Origin: Cyanophyceae cyanobacterium
Lineage (GTDB): Bacteria > Cyanobacteriota > Cyanobacteriia > Cyanobacteriales > Laspinemataceae
NCBI GenBank assembly: GCA_038321985.1
Contig: JBBQFN010000007.1
Coordinates: forward strand, 64,001-128,000
Length of the DNA stretch: 64,000 nucleotides
Reading direction: 5' to 3'
The number at the start of each line of letters is the position of its first letter. The first letter of the stretch is position 1. Positions 1 through 10,884 of this stretch are shown here, in pieces. The position numbers were made by a program, and so were the translations under genes. Below the pieces are notes generated by a model, which searched no databases, was not told the DNA's origin, and saw only the letters and a list, made by a program, of their open reading frames with translations.

Positions 1-1354
1 CGGTAACACGGACCTCGATGCCATTGCCAAGGCGATCGAAGAAGCCAAAAAAGTCACCGATAAGCCAACCTTAATCAAAGTCACCACCACCATCGGCTTC
101 GGTTCTCCCAACAAAGCCAACAGCCATGATGTCCACGGTGCGGCCCTCGGTGCTTCGGAAGTGCAAGCCACCCGCGACCACCTCGGCTGGAACTATGGCC
201 CGTTTGAAGTACCAGAAGATGCCCTCAGCCACTTCCGCAAGGCTGTCGATCGCGGTGCCAAATACGAGGAAGAGTGGAATAGCCTGTGGACTCGCTACAA
301 AGCCGAGTATTCCGAAGAAGCCGCCGTATTAGAACGGATGATGAGTGGCAAACTCCCCGACGGCTGGGATAAATCCCTCCCCACCTTCAAACCCGGTGAG
401 AAAGCTGATGCCACCCGGAACCAATCCGGTGCCTGCTTGAATGCGATCGCCGGAGTCCTCCCCGACCTGATCGGTGGTTCCGCTGACTTAGCCCCCTCCA
501 ACAAAACCTTATTGAAATCGTCTAAAGATTTCCAAAAAGGTGCCTACGAAAACCGTAACGTCCGTTTCGGCGTTCGGGAACATGGCATGGGTGCAATCTG
601 TAACGGTATTGCCCTCCACGGTTCCGGCTTAATCTCCTACGGTGCCACCTTCCTGGTGTTCACCGACTATATGCGCGGTGCTATCCGTCTGTCCGCCCTC
701 TCTCAAGCTGGGGTAATCTGGGTCATGACCCACGACTCTATCGCCTTGGGTGAAGACGGCCCGACTCACCAACCCATCGAGCATATCCCCTCTCTGCGCG
801 CAATTCCCGACCTGATCGTGCTGCGTCCAGCCGATGGGAACGAAACCTCCGGTGCCTACAAAGTCGCCATCGAGAAAGCCAAAGGCATTGGTGCGGATCA
901 TCCCTATCCCTCCCTGTTGGCCCTGTCTCGCCAAAACCTGCCCAACCTGGAAGGAAGCTCCGTTGAAGGTGTTGCTAAAGGCGGTTACATTCTTTCCGAT
1001 AGCGAAGGCACTCCCGACATCATCTTGATCGGCACCGGCGGCGAACTCTACCTCTGCGCGGAAGCGGCTGAAAAGCTCCGTGGACAAGGGAAGAAAGTCC
1101 GGGTTGTCTCCATGCCTAGCTGCGAACTATTCGACGAACAAGACGAAGCCTATCGCGAATCCGTACTACCCAAAGCAGTCAAGAAACGCCTGGTAGTAGA
1201 AGCTGGTTCTAGCTATGGCTGGCATCGTTACTTCGGCGATCAAGGTTCCTCGATCAGTGTCGATCGCTTCGGTGCTTCCTCTCCCGGTGAGGTCGCTTTG
1301 GAACGCTTTGGATATACAGCAGATAATATTGCTGCCAAAGCATCCGCGCTTTAA
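1..1354 (+). CDS. tkt: Transketolase, C-terminal part (5' end lies outside the window)
   Basis: The frame is open from position 2 ([16 protein letters not shown]...[22 protein letters not shown]). Motifs [37 protein letters not shown]. Confidence 0.97.
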   Translation, partial: GNTDLDAIAKAIEEAKKVTDKPTLIKVTTTIGFGSPNKANSHDVHGAALGASEVQATRDHLGWNYGPFEVPEDALSHFRKAVDRGAKYEEEWNSLWTRYKAEYSEEAAVLERMMSGKLPDGWDKSLPTFKPGEKADATRNQSGACLNAIAGVLPDLIGGSADLAPSNKTLLKSSKDFQKGAYENRNVRFGVREHGMGAICNGIALHGSGLISYGATFLVFTDYMRGAIRLSALSQAGVIWVMTHDSIALGEDGPTHQPIEHIPSLRAIPDLIVLRPADGNETSGAYKVAIEKAKGIGADHPYPSLLALSRQNLPNLEGSSVEGVAKGGYILSDSEGTPDIILIGTGGELYLCAEAAEKLRGQGKKVRVVSMPSCELFDEQDEAYRESVLPKAVKKRLVVEAGSSYGWHRYFGDQGSSISVDRFGASSPGEVALERFGYTADNIAAKASAL

Positions 1355-1420
1355 GTATAGTATATATACCATAAGCTGAGGTAGAGTGTCGTTACCTCGA
1401 ACGACACCCTAACCAAAAAT

Positions 1421-1452
1421 AAAAAGGCTCTCTAATTGTAGAGAGCCTTTTT
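1421..1452. terminator. Bidirectional intrinsic terminator
   Basis: AAAAAGGCTCTCTA-attg-TAGAGAGCCTTTTT between convergent genes. Confidence 0.85.
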
Positions 1453-1643
1453 ATTAGGTCTTTCAAACCTGAATTTTAGAAACAGGCTTTTCTAACAATC
1501 CGGTCAGTTGCGATCACAAAAGGTGCAGATTGCTCGCCATGGACCCGTCGGCTTGAGCAAACAAATGCGGCAGCATCAAACAAGAGACTACCGCATTTAA
1601 AAATTAATTAAAACTTAGGCACAATCCCCCGGTTTTTCTAAGT

Positions 1644-1979
1644 CTAGCGATAAGTCGTACTGGAACGACCGGCTACCTCTTCGCGATCGCGAGCGGGATC
1701 TGCATAATAAGTAGGTGATTCATTCCGATTGCGACCGGCTAAGCCAGCCAGACCCAGTAAACCTAACAAGCCGAGTAGGCCCCAATCACCCCACTCATTA
1801 TCCTCTTCAACGGCCTGAGTCCCTTCTCTGGTCTCATAAACCTCTTGGGTGTCAGTTCCCCGATTTTCCGGACTTACCGGAGTCGTTTGAGCTGAGGCGG
1901 GTAAAATCGAAGGCGCTAGGGCTAAACTTGCACTCAGGGCGGTAGCGCTTAAAATTGTGGACAATTTAGAACTCTTCAT
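1644..1979 (-). CDS. Small secreted/membrane WGxxGxxG-family protein
   Basis: Signal peptide ending PASA-Q, acidic linker, then WGLLGLLGLLGLAGLAG followed by a basic tail. Confidence 0.85.
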   Translation of the reverse strand: MKSSKLSTILSATALSASLALAPSILPASAQTTPVSPENRGTDTQEVYETREGTQAVEEDNEWGDWGLLGLLGLLGLAGLAGRNRNESPTYYADPARDREEVAGRSSTTYR

Positions 1980-2996
1980 AAAATTGAGTCTCCTTAAACA
2001 TTGCTTGCTTGCTTGTAACCAATCTATCTACAATCCAAAGAAGCTGCATCAATCTTTAGATGTAAACTCAGTTAGACCCCAATTATTCCTGAAGAAATAG
2101 ACAGAGCGGAAAAAGCAGTATAGAGACTAGAAAAAGCACTCAAACTTAAAGGGGAAGAAAAAAGCGCGATCGCTCTGGAGGTCCTGAGATTTTACCTTAA
2201 AATCCTGATTCCCCGGTTGGTTTAAACCATCCTATCCCTCCACTGTTCCTAGATCACTGGCATTAGAAGGCAAAAACCCCGGCGATCGCCACCCCCAAGA
2301 CCTCCCCTTTTTATAAAAGCCCCTTGAGGATTGCAACCCCGAGGCGAAGTCTTGGGGTTCAACTCCCATGTGAGCCAAAATTTAGACCTCTCCCGGGTCT
2401 AAATTGGAAAAAAGGTAAAGCTAATAACAATTAGCCTCTTTAAGTTAAGATTTCCTCCTAATAGGGGTTGCCTCCGGAGACAACTTAGGGAATTTCCCAG
2501 TCCTCAAATATAGATAAAAGAAAAGATCACTGGGCCATAAAGTATGCGGGGTAAGAAAAATCCAAATTTTTATCCAGAGTTGCTGGTTAATGTAGTTAGG
2601 GCAACATTGATATAAATTCAACAAATCTTTCAAGGCAACTTGGAAAAATATCAGCCCTCAGTTTCGGAATCATAGACGACGGGTCAGAGCAACTGGAAAT
2701 CTGCGTCCCTCGGCAAATACAGGCGAGTTAAAAACCGAATTTAGTAGAGTTAAGCCACCGTAGCACCCTGATCTGGGCGATCGCTCACCGACGAACATAG
2801 GCCCGGATAGCCCCGTCAACCGGGTCCCCTTGTCACGGACCCGGTATAATAATAGATCATAGTGATCGTGCTTCATCAACACCCCGGGTGTCGCTCGGGA
2901 GATATCTTCCTCTAGAGGCAGAGGAGATTGACCCGGTTGTGTACTTTAATTTGGGTGAAAGCACATTGACTTGTCGAACTTAATAAGGAGTATTGG

Positions 2997-5417
2997 ATGT
3001 CAGACTTGATACAATCTGTCCTTAAATGCGAGGAAAAAATCGATCTGCGTCAGTTTGCCAGCGAGTTACGCACCACAGGGCAACAGTATTTTCTCAGAAA
3101 TGATATCGTCCGAGCTTTTTCAAATTACTGCACTAATCATGAAAAGCCCTCTTCTTTTCATCAATCATCCTATCTCGGAAAACTGGTTTTATATACCCAA
3201 GAAATCATTCTGGAAGACGAAAGCTTCTGCATGATTGTGCGTCCCAAGATTGCCTCTCAGGAAATCTTTCGCATCTTACAGGACCTGACCGTAGAGCCAA
3301 TGACGGTGCAAGAATTGCTAGACCTACGCGATCGCCTCGTCAATCATCACCACCCCAATGAGGGAGATGTCCTCGAACTGGATTTTGCCCCCTTTTACGA
3401 CTACTCCCCCACCATTCGGGACCCCAAAAACATCGGTAAAGGAGTCGAGTTCCTTAATCGCTACCTGTCGAGTAAATTATTCCAAGATTCGCAGCAGACC
3501 TTAGAACTGCTGTATGAATTTTTGAACCTGCATCAATATAATGGACTGCAATTACTGATTAACCAACGGATTAAAAACCGGCGGGAATTATCTCAAAAAG
3601 TAAAACAAGCCATTTCCTACGTCAACGATCTCCCCTCAGATGAACCTTACGAAAACTTCCGCTTCGATCTGCAAGGTTTGGGATTTGAACCGGGTTGGGG
3701 GAATACAGCCAGTCGTGTTGGCGAAACCCTAGAAATTCTGGATGAACTGATCGACTCCCCCAACGAAAGGGGTCTGGAATCCTTCATCTCCCGGATTCCC
3801 ATGATCTTTCGGATCGTACTCGTTTCCGTTCACGGCTGGTTTGGTCAAGAAGGAGTGCTCGGACGACCCGACACCGGCGGCCAAGTCGTCTATGTCCTTG
3901 ATCAAGCCCGCAGTTTAGAAAAGCAACTTCAAGAAGAATTTAAACTTGCCGGTTTGGATATATTCGGAGTTCATCCGAAACTCATCATCCTCTCCCGTTT
4001 AATACCCAATGCCGATGGCACTCGCTGTAACGAACGCCTCGAAAAAATTCACAGCACCGATAATGGCTGGATTCTGCGAGTTCCCTTCCGCGAACAGAAT
4101 CCCAACCTCACCCAAAACTGGATTTCTCGATTTGAAATCTGGCCGTATTTAGAAGCCTACGCCATTGATGCTGAAAAAGAACTGCTGGCAGAATTTCAAG
4201 GCAAACCCGATCTAATCGTCGGTAACTATTCTGACGGAAACTTAGTGGCATTCCTGTTAGCACGTCGCCTGAAAGTTACCCAGTGTAACGTCGCTCATGC
4301 CTTAGAAAAATCTAAGTATCTTTTCAGTAACCTGTACTGGCAAGACCTCGACTCTCAATATCACTTTTCTCTCCAGTTTACCGCCGATTTGATCGCGATG
4401 AACGCAGCCAACTTCATTGTCAGCAGTACCTATCAGGAGATTGTTGGAACTGCCGATAGTGTGGGGCAGTATGAATCGTACGCCTGTTTTACCATGCCGG
4501 ATCTATATCATGTGGTCAACGGCATTGAGCTATTTTCTCCTAAATTTAACGTCGTCCCCCCCGGGGTGAATGAAGCGGTCTATTTTCCCTACACTCGCAC
4601 TGAAGACCGTATCCAATCCAACCGGGAACGACTGGAAGAATTGCTCTTGACTCTAGATGACCCGGAACAGGTTTTTGGGAAGTTGGAAGACCCGAACAAG
4701 CAAATCCTGTTCTCGGTAGCACGTCTCGACCGGATTAAGAATCTAACGGGTCTGGCCGAATGTTTTGGCCGGAGTCCTGAATTGCAAGAGCGCTGTAATT
4801 TGATTCTAGTGGCTGGGAAATTACGGACAGCGGACTCGACAGACACCGAAGAAATCAGCGAAATGCAAAAATTGTATGGCATCATTGAGGAATACAATTT
4901 GTATAATAAAATTCGCTGGCTGGGAGTTCGGCTGTCTAAGGCCGATTCCGGCGAACTCTATCGGGTGATTGGGGACCACAAGGGAATTTTTGTGCAACCG
5001 GCTTTATTTGAAGCCTTTGGTTTAACCATTTTAGAAGCAATGGTTTCTGGTTTGCCTACCTTTGCAACCCAGTTTGGGGGGCCGTTAGAAATTATTCAGG
5101 ACAAGGTGAATGGATTTTATATCAACCCCACAAATTTAGAAGAAACCGCAGAAAAACTGCTGGATTTCGTCTTGAAAAACGAGCAAAATCCCCATTATTG
5201 GGACGAAATTTCTAAACGGGCGATCACACGGGTTTATACGACTTATACTTGGAAGATTCATACCACCCGTCTATTGTCCCTGGCTAAAATTTACGGGTTC
5301 TGGAATTATACTTCAAAAGAAAACCGTGAGGATATGTTGCGCTACTTAGAAGCCTTATTCTATCTGATTTACAAGCCCCGTGCTCAGGCGTTATTGGCGC
5401 AGCACAAGGAGCGGTAA
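2997..5417 (+). CDS. susA: Sucrose synthase (GT4)
   Basis: 806 aa; GRPDTGGQVVYVLDQ, NYSDGNLVA, HALEKSKY, QPALFEAFGLT; AAGGAG RBS. Confidence 0.97.
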   Translation: MSDLIQSVLKCEEKIDLRQFASELRTTGQQYFLRNDIVRAFSNYCTNHEKPSSFHQSSYLGKLVLYTQEIILEDESFCMIVRPKIASQEIFRILQDLTVEPMTVQELLDLRDRLVNHHHPNEGDVLELDFAPFYDYSPTIRDPKNIGKGVEFLNRYLSSKLFQDSQQTLELLYEFLNLHQYNGLQLLINQRIKNRRELSQKVKQAISYVNDLPSDEPYENFRFDLQGLGFEPGWGNTASRVGETLEILDELIDSPNERGLESFISRIPMIFRIVLVSVHGWFGQEGVLGRPDTGGQVVYVLDQARSLEKQLQEEFKLAGLDIFGVHPKLIILSRLIPNADGTRCNERLEKIHSTDNGWILRVPFREQNPNLTQNWISRFEIWPYLEAYAIDAEKELLAEFQGKPDLIVGNYSDGNLVAFLLARRLKVTQCNVAHALEKSKYLFSNLYWQDLDSQYHFSLQFTADLIAMNAANFIVSSTYQEIVGTADSVGQYESYACFTMPDLYHVVNGIELFSPKFNVVPPGVNEAVYFPYTRTEDRIQSNRERLEELLLTLDDPEQVFGKLEDPNKQILFSVARLDRIKNLTGLAECFGRSPELQERCNLILVAGKLRTADSTDTEEISEMQKLYGIIEEYNLYNKIRWLGVRLSKADSGELYRVIGDHKGIFVQPALFEAFGLTILEAMVSGLPTFATQFGGPLEIIQDKVNGFYINPTNLEETAEKLLDFVLKNEQNPHYWDEISKRAITRVYTTYTWKIHTTRLLSLAKIYGFWNYTSKENREDMLRYLEALFYLIYKPRAQALLAQHKER

Positions 5418-5484
5418 GCGATCGCCCCGGGAACGTCCCCTAAAATAGCGATTCAAGCGATCGCATTAACTACCCCATAAACAG

Positions 5485-5546
5485 TGAGAATTAAGAATTA
5501 AAATCTAATAATTTTGATTAGATTAATTCTTAATTCTCAATTCTCA
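5485..5546. repeat. AT-rich inverted repeat built from 7-mer units (STRR-like); possible terminator
   Basis: TGAGAATTAAGAATTAAAATCTAAT...ATTAGATTAATTCTTAATTCTCA, followed by another ATTCTCA unit. Confidence 0.6.
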
Positions 5547-6348
5547 CCCCCTTTCTTCATGGCCCTGCATTTGTAGCTCTGCCCCACAGCCCTACTTTCT
5601 TACCCGCTCTCCCCTGATCCCCCCTACAGGTTAATATTCGCCCACTGATCAGGCGCACCCCCATCGTAGTTCCGCCTTCGCCTCCGGGATGAGAGAGTTG
5701 CACCCTCCCAAAGCCTTTAGAAATTCCCATAATAAAAAAGCGTGGCGGCCAAAAAATCGAGCCTAGTCACCATGACTTGAGTAGTCAGTGATAGCTATTT
5801 GGGAAAATGCGGGTATAATCCAAAGCAACTGACTCCGCTCAGAATTGACTCGGAGGATCCAGCAAAAGCACTCCTTCCTTCTGATGACTGAGGATTTAGA
5901 AACATTCGGGAGTGGAGTCTTTTGGGTTGGACTGATTCAAAATAACACAGACTAACCCAGGACTACCGAATCAGCCCCAAAAAACTAATGTAGAACTAGC
6001 ATTTACATCGTGTAAATATTGTTCTATGGTGCTTAAAGTGTAGCTCCAATCACCATTGGAACTGCCGACGATTATCGAACCCCTTATCTTAGGTTCCATA
6101 AGGCACTGCCATTGTCCACATTAGACAGAATGCGTGCATTGTAAAAACAAAATTATCACACAAATAGGAAGAGGAGGGTGCAAGTTTTATTGAATAGATC
6201 TTGAGTACATGGGAGCGTTAGTGAGCGATCGCGCCTGTCTTTAATCCCTGACAATCCCTCACTTATTGAAGATTAAGCCCAACCCTCGGCATAAAACCTC
6301 CAATTGATCACTATTAAACCCAACAATTCTGTAGATAGGATTCCCAAA

Positions 6349-9300
6349 ATGGCAGAAACTAGCGAACCGAACAATCCAGTGGCAACCAATCTTCCCGGTT
6401 TAGAGGAAAGCGATCCCCTAGAATCCTCTCGAACTTTAGAGGAAGAAGGAATCTTTTTAGACTTATCCCTGCAAGAAATTATTCAAGGCCAAGCGGGTAA
6501 TGATACCATCATTGGCTCCCAGAACGACGATACCATCTACGGGAATCCAGGGGATGATTCTCTTTATGGAAATGCAGGGAATGATAGCATCCAAGGGAAC
6601 CTAGGCGACGACACGATCGCAGGCGGTCCCGGGAACGACTTCATTCAAGGCAATAAAGGGGACGACTTCCTCTTCGGAGACTTAACTCGCGAAGGACTCC
6701 CTCTCCTCGAAGGATTTGGTAACGACATCATCCTCGGTGGCATCGGCAATGACCTAGTTTTCGGTAACCAGGGTGACGATACCCTCGACGGGGAAACCGG
6801 GGACGACTCCATCTATGGTGGCAAAGACAACGACTTCATCATTGGTGACGCCGGAGAAGACTTCCTCTCCGGCGACGATGGCAATGACCAGCTCTATGGT
6901 GGCCTGGACAATGATATTCTCGCCGGTGGCCTCGACAACGATACCCTCTACGGGGAAGATGGCGCTGACATCCTTAATGGCAGCTCAGGCAACGACCTTG
7001 TAGTTGGCGGTGCCGGTGACGACATCCTCTACGGCGACGACCTCACCGCAGAATCCGTTGGCGCAGGAAACGACATCCTCTACGGAAACGAAGGCAATGA
7101 TATCGCCTACGGTGGCTCCGGCAACGATGTTCTATTTGGCAACGAAGGGAATGATATCCTCTTTGGCAACCGAGGAAATGATGTCCTCTATGGGGGTCAA
7201 GGAGACGATACAGCCTACGCTGGACAAGATAATGATCAAGTATTTGGCGACAAAGGGAATGATGTCCTCTTTGGCAATCTCGGCGATGATTTTGTAAATG
7301 GTGGTGGAGGCAATGACCTACTCTTCGGCAACGAAGGGAACGATCTCCTCGACGGCAGTTCCGGAGACGACATCATTTACGGCGGTCAAGATAACGACAC
7401 CATTCGAGGCGAGGATGGAGATGACCTGCTGTTTGGGGATAAAGGCAATGACGTAATTTTTGGCGGCGTAGGCAGCAATACCCTAACCGGCGGCCAAGGG
7501 TCGGACCAATTTGTGATTTCCCCGGGATTAGGGTTTCTGCAACAGACGCGAAACTTAGTTACCGACTTTATCGATGGGCAAGATTTCCTACTCTTAGCCG
7601 ATGGTATCACCTTTGAGGATCTCGACCTCCGCGAAGAGATCGATGGCAACGGGACAGTTAATACCATCATTTTGGATCGGCTTACGGGCACTGTTACCAT
7701 TTTGCAAAATGTCAGTGCCAGCGCGATTACCCGGGATGATTTCCTACCCCCACTCGCACCGCCACCGCCACCGCCACCGCCGGAGGCAGTGCCACTTCCA
7801 GACATTCCCACCCCTCCAATTGTCGATATTCCAGTAATCCCCGAACCCGAACCTGAACCCGAACCCGAACCCGAGGAGAGTGTCATTCAATTTAGCAATG
7901 CCACCTACCGAATTAATGAAGATGGCACTCCCGAAGCGATGCTAGTCACGGTGACTCGCGGCAATAGTAGCGAAGGGGTGGTTACTGCCAATGTGGTTCT
8001 TCAAAGCAATCCAGGAACTGCAACAGTAGTAGCCGATTATGAGAATATTTTCCCGTTTCCTATCCAGTTTGCAGAGGGAGATAGCACCGCAAAACAGGTT
8101 ACTATTCCCATCGTTAACGATACCCTCGCCGAGGATACGGAAACGATTAGCTTACAACTGGCTAATCTCACAGGTACTGCGGTTTTAGGCAGCCAATCTA
8201 CCGCGACGGTGGAAATTATCGACAATGATAACCCCGGAGAATTAGAGTTTGTTCTTCCAGTGGAAGGGAGTTTCCGAGTTAAGGAAGATGGAACCCTGGT
8301 CCGAGAAATCCAGGTCCGTCGAGTCAATGGCAGCAGCGGCGTGGTAAGCGCTGATGTCACTTTGGCTCCGGGCTCAGCCAGTACAAATCCACCGGCGCAA
8401 CCGGGGAGTGTCGGAGAGGATTTTGCCGCAGTTACGGTTCCTGTCTCCTTTGCGGATGGGGAAACGGCAACTAAAACCATTACACTCCCAGCTACGGCAA
8501 TTTTACGCGGGGCCGTGGGTCAAGTGGATGGGCTCAAAATCGTCAACTTATCCTTGACAAATCCCACCGGGGAGGTAGAACTCAGTACCACTCCGGCACC
8601 CCTGCAAATTGAAGATATTGATCAACTGATTGTCAGTATTGAAGTAACTCCCCCGGCAGATCAGGCGTTTGAAGCAGCGCAGGGGGACCTACAAGCCCCG
8701 GCCACCCGAGAAGGGGCGTTTACGATCGCCCTGCGGGATGCCAATGGTGCTGAAGTCTTTGCTCCTGCCGGGGGTGTAACGGTTTCCTATCGGGTGGATA
8801 CCACAGCACCCACAGAAGCCACCGATCCCGAAGCAGCAGCGGAGGGTCAAGACTACAGTGCCTCCTTAAATGGTGCAGCTTTCACCTTGGGGAGCAATAC
8901 TGTCTTCATTCCCGAAGGCTCGTCCACTGCTACCATTACCATCAATCCGACTGACGACACTTTGCCCGAAGGGAATGAATTCGTTAAGGTCATCCTGAAT
9001 GAAACGGCTGATTACAACATCGCCAGCGATAAGCAAGAAGGGGAAGTTCTCCTGATTGATAATGACTCACCCATTGTCCGTATCAGTCCAGCTACGGAAC
9101 GGATTAAAGAAGGAGAAACCCCTCAGACTGTCTTGACCATCTTTCGTGAAGATAGTGCGGGTAATCCGATCACCTCGGGAGCTTTGACTGTCAATTATGG
9201 GCGGGGCGGAACTGCGACCAATGCTGTAGATTATGACCAGTTGACTGGGCAAGCCGTGATTCCAGATGGTCAATCCTCAGTTACGGTTACGGTTCGGGCT

Positions 9301-9759
9301 TTGGATGATGATACTACGGAACCCGATGAGACAGTCCGCGTAACCCTGCAAGGGTCAACGGATGCTACCCAGGTTTATGAAGTGAAAGAGGGACAAGGCC
9401 AAAGTGTTGTGACCATTGAAGATAATGAAACTCCCCAAATCAGTATAGTGGGACGGGCTGCCGATGTCTTGGCGGACCCTCCTACGGGTAACCAGTTCCA
9501 ATTTATCCGATTTGGCGATAAAGCCATCCCCTTGACGGTCAATTATAACGTCGCCGGGACGGCTCAACCTGGGACGGACTACCAGGCATTACCCGGCACA
9601 ATTAACTTTACTGCGGGACAAAGTTCGGTATCGCTTCCGTTAACTCCTATTGACAACCCGAATGATGCCAATGCCAAGGTTGTCGAGATTGAGATAGTAG
9701 ATGGAACGGTTTACGATCTAGGGTTTGCTCCTACGGGCAATTTGCTGTTCTTAAACTAA
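6349..9759 (+). CDS. RTX-type Ca-binding repeat surface protein with Calx-beta domains
   Basis: Many GGxGxDxLx nonapeptides in the N-terminal third, a poly-Pro/PE linker, then Calx-beta repeats (FAEGDSTAKQVTIPIVNDTLAEDTETISLQL). ATG 6349 preferred over TTG 6304. Confidence 0.9.
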   Translation: MAETSEPNNPVATNLPGLEESDPLESSRTLEEEGIFLDLSLQEIIQGQAGNDTIIGSQNDDTIYGNPGDDSLYGNAGNDSIQGNLGDDTIAGGPGNDFIQGNKGDDFLFGDLTREGLPLLEGFGNDIILGGIGNDLVFGNQGDDTLDGETGDDSIYGGKDNDFIIGDAGEDFLSGDDGNDQLYGGLDNDILAGGLDNDTLYGEDGADILNGSSGNDLVVGGAGDDILYGDDLTAESVGAGNDILYGNEGNDIAYGGSGNDVLFGNEGNDILFGNRGNDVLYGGQGDDTAYAGQDNDQVFGDKGNDVLFGNLGDDFVNGGGGNDLLFGNEGNDLLDGSSGDDIIYGGQDNDTIRGEDGDDLLFGDKGNDVIFGGVGSNTLTGGQGSDQFVISPGLGFLQQTRNLVTDFIDGQDFLLLADGITFEDLDLREEIDGNGTVNTIILDRLTGTVTILQNVSASAITRDDFLPPLAPPPPPPPPEAVPLPDIPTPPIVDIPVIPEPEPEPEPEPEESVIQFSNATYRINEDGTPEAMLVTVTRGNSSEGVVTANVVLQSNPGTATVVADYENIFPFPIQFAEGDSTAKQVTIPIVNDTLAEDTETISLQLANLTGTAVLGSQSTATVEIIDNDNPGELEFVLPVEGSFRVKEDGTLVREIQVRRVNGSSGVVSADVTLAPGSASTNPPAQPGSVGEDFAAVTVPVSFADGETATKTITLPATAILRGAVGQVDGLKIVNLSLTNPTGEVELSTTPAPLQIEDIDQLIVSIEVTPPADQAFEAAQGDLQAPATREGAFTIALRDANGAEVFAPAGGVTVSYRVDTTAPTEATDPEAAAEGQDYSASLNGAAFTLGSNTVFIPEGSSTATITINPTDDTLPEGNEFVKVILNETADYNIASDKQEGEVLLIDNDSPIVRISPATERIKEGETPQTVLTIFREDSAGNPITSGALTVNYGRGGTATNAVDYDQLTGQAVIPDGQSSVTVTVRALDDDTTEPDETVRVTLQGSTDATQVYEVKEGQGQSVVTIEDNETPQISIVGRAADVLADPPTGNQFQFIRFGDKAIPLTVNYNVAGTAQPGTDYQALPGTINFTAGQSSVSLPLTPIDNPNDANAKVVEIEIVDGTVYDLGFAPTGNLLFLN

Positions 9760-9921
9760 GAAGAGCGTCTATTGGGGTTAACGCCCGTTAACCCTGACCC
9801 ATTTAGCCCAAGTCTCCTCTACTTTGAGAAGGGGAGACTCTGCGGCTTTTGTATCAATCGGTTAAGATCGAAACAACAAGCGTAGATTCAAACCTAGCCG
9901 GAAACCGCACCCCCTAATTTC

Positions 9922-10485
9922 ATGAGTTCTCAAGTTGTTGTCGAAAAGAAAAAGTTAGACCATCCACCTCGGGATATTCGCTATCTGGGCGATCGCGATC
10001 TGCGTCAGTCTGCCAAGCGTGTTGCTCAAGTGGATGCTGAGATCCGCCAACTGGTGCGGGAAATGCTCCAAAGTATGTACACTGCTGATGGCATTGGATT
10101 GGCCGCACCCCAAGTCGGGGTCCAAAAACAGGTGATTGTCGTAGATTGTGATTTAGAAAATCCGGCGACTCCTCCCCTTGTCTTGATCAATCCCGTCATT
10201 AAAAAATACAGCGGCGATGCCTGTGTCTATCAAGAGGGATGTCTAAGCATTCCTGGGGTTTATTTGGATGTCAAACGCCCCGAAATTATCGAAGTGGCGT
10301 ATAAAGATGAGCGGGGACGTCCTCAAAAAATGACGGCGGAGGGGATTGTTTCTCGCTGCATTCAGCATGAGATGGATCACCTCAATGGCGTACTATTTGT
10401 CGATCGCGTGGAAAACCAGTTGGCGCTGATTGAGGAACTTGGCAAACAAGGTTTTTCGACTAAAGACGTTAAATCCATGCTGTAG
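9922..10485 (+). CDS. def: Peptide deformylase
   Basis: GIGLAAPQVG, EGCLSIPG, QHEMDHLNG. Confidence 0.97.
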   Translation: MSSQVVVEKKKLDHPPRDIRYLGDRDLRQSAKRVAQVDAEIRQLVREMLQSMYTADGIGLAAPQVGVQKQVIVVDCDLENPATPPLVLINPVIKKYSGDACVYQEGCLSIPGVYLDVKRPEIIEVAYKDERGRPQKMTAEGIVSRCIQHEMDHLNGVLFVDRVENQLALIEELGKQGFSTKDVKSML

Positions 10486-10616
10486 GGAAGGGTCAACGGT
10501 TAACTGTTAGCGGTTAACCGTTTTTTCAGGCTTCAACTTTAACCGGGTAAGAGTTCTTCATTAAAACTCGGTGAAAATTAAAGAACGTAGTCATAGTTTA
10601 TTGGTAAGCGTTTCTT

Positions 10617-10817
10617 ATGTTCATGTCTCCTAAAACTTCCCTCTTTTTGGGTGCTTCCTGTGTAGCGGCGATCGCCTCGGTGGGTTCGATTTTTGAACTC
10701 TCTTCCGGACAACCCGAACTCGGTGCAGTCGCCACTACTATCATTTTGGCGCTTAGCGTTCCTAGCGTGGTTTTATTCTTCTTAGCGGCGGTGCGTGACG
10801 CCAGGTCTTCTGGCTAA
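10617..10817 (+). CDS. Small two-TM hypothetical protein
   Basis: 66 aa with two hydrophobic segments; fills the gap after def. Confidence 0.7.
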   Translation: MFMSPKTSLFLGASCVAAIASVGSIFELSSGQPELGAVATTIILALSVPSVVLFFLAAVRDARSSG

Positions 10818-10884
10818 TTTACCCCCCTCTCCTCTGGTTTGGCAAGTATTATTTTTAAAGGGGTAGGGTAGGTCCTCTCTACCC

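Noticed and set aside
126..1372. Alternative-frame and antisense ORFs over tkt (e.g. 629-1087), and the many similar shadow ORFs over other long genes
   Set aside because: They overlap well-supported genes and have no recognisable motifs; expected from codon bias.
2445..2882. Two short minus-strand ORFs upstream of susA
   Set aside because: No motif, weak starts; the region is more likely the susA promoter and leader.
6490..7500. Regularly spaced ~27-bp repeats that could be mistaken for a CRISPR array
   Set aside because: They are degenerate, in-frame RTX nonapeptide codons with no unique spacers and no cas genes.
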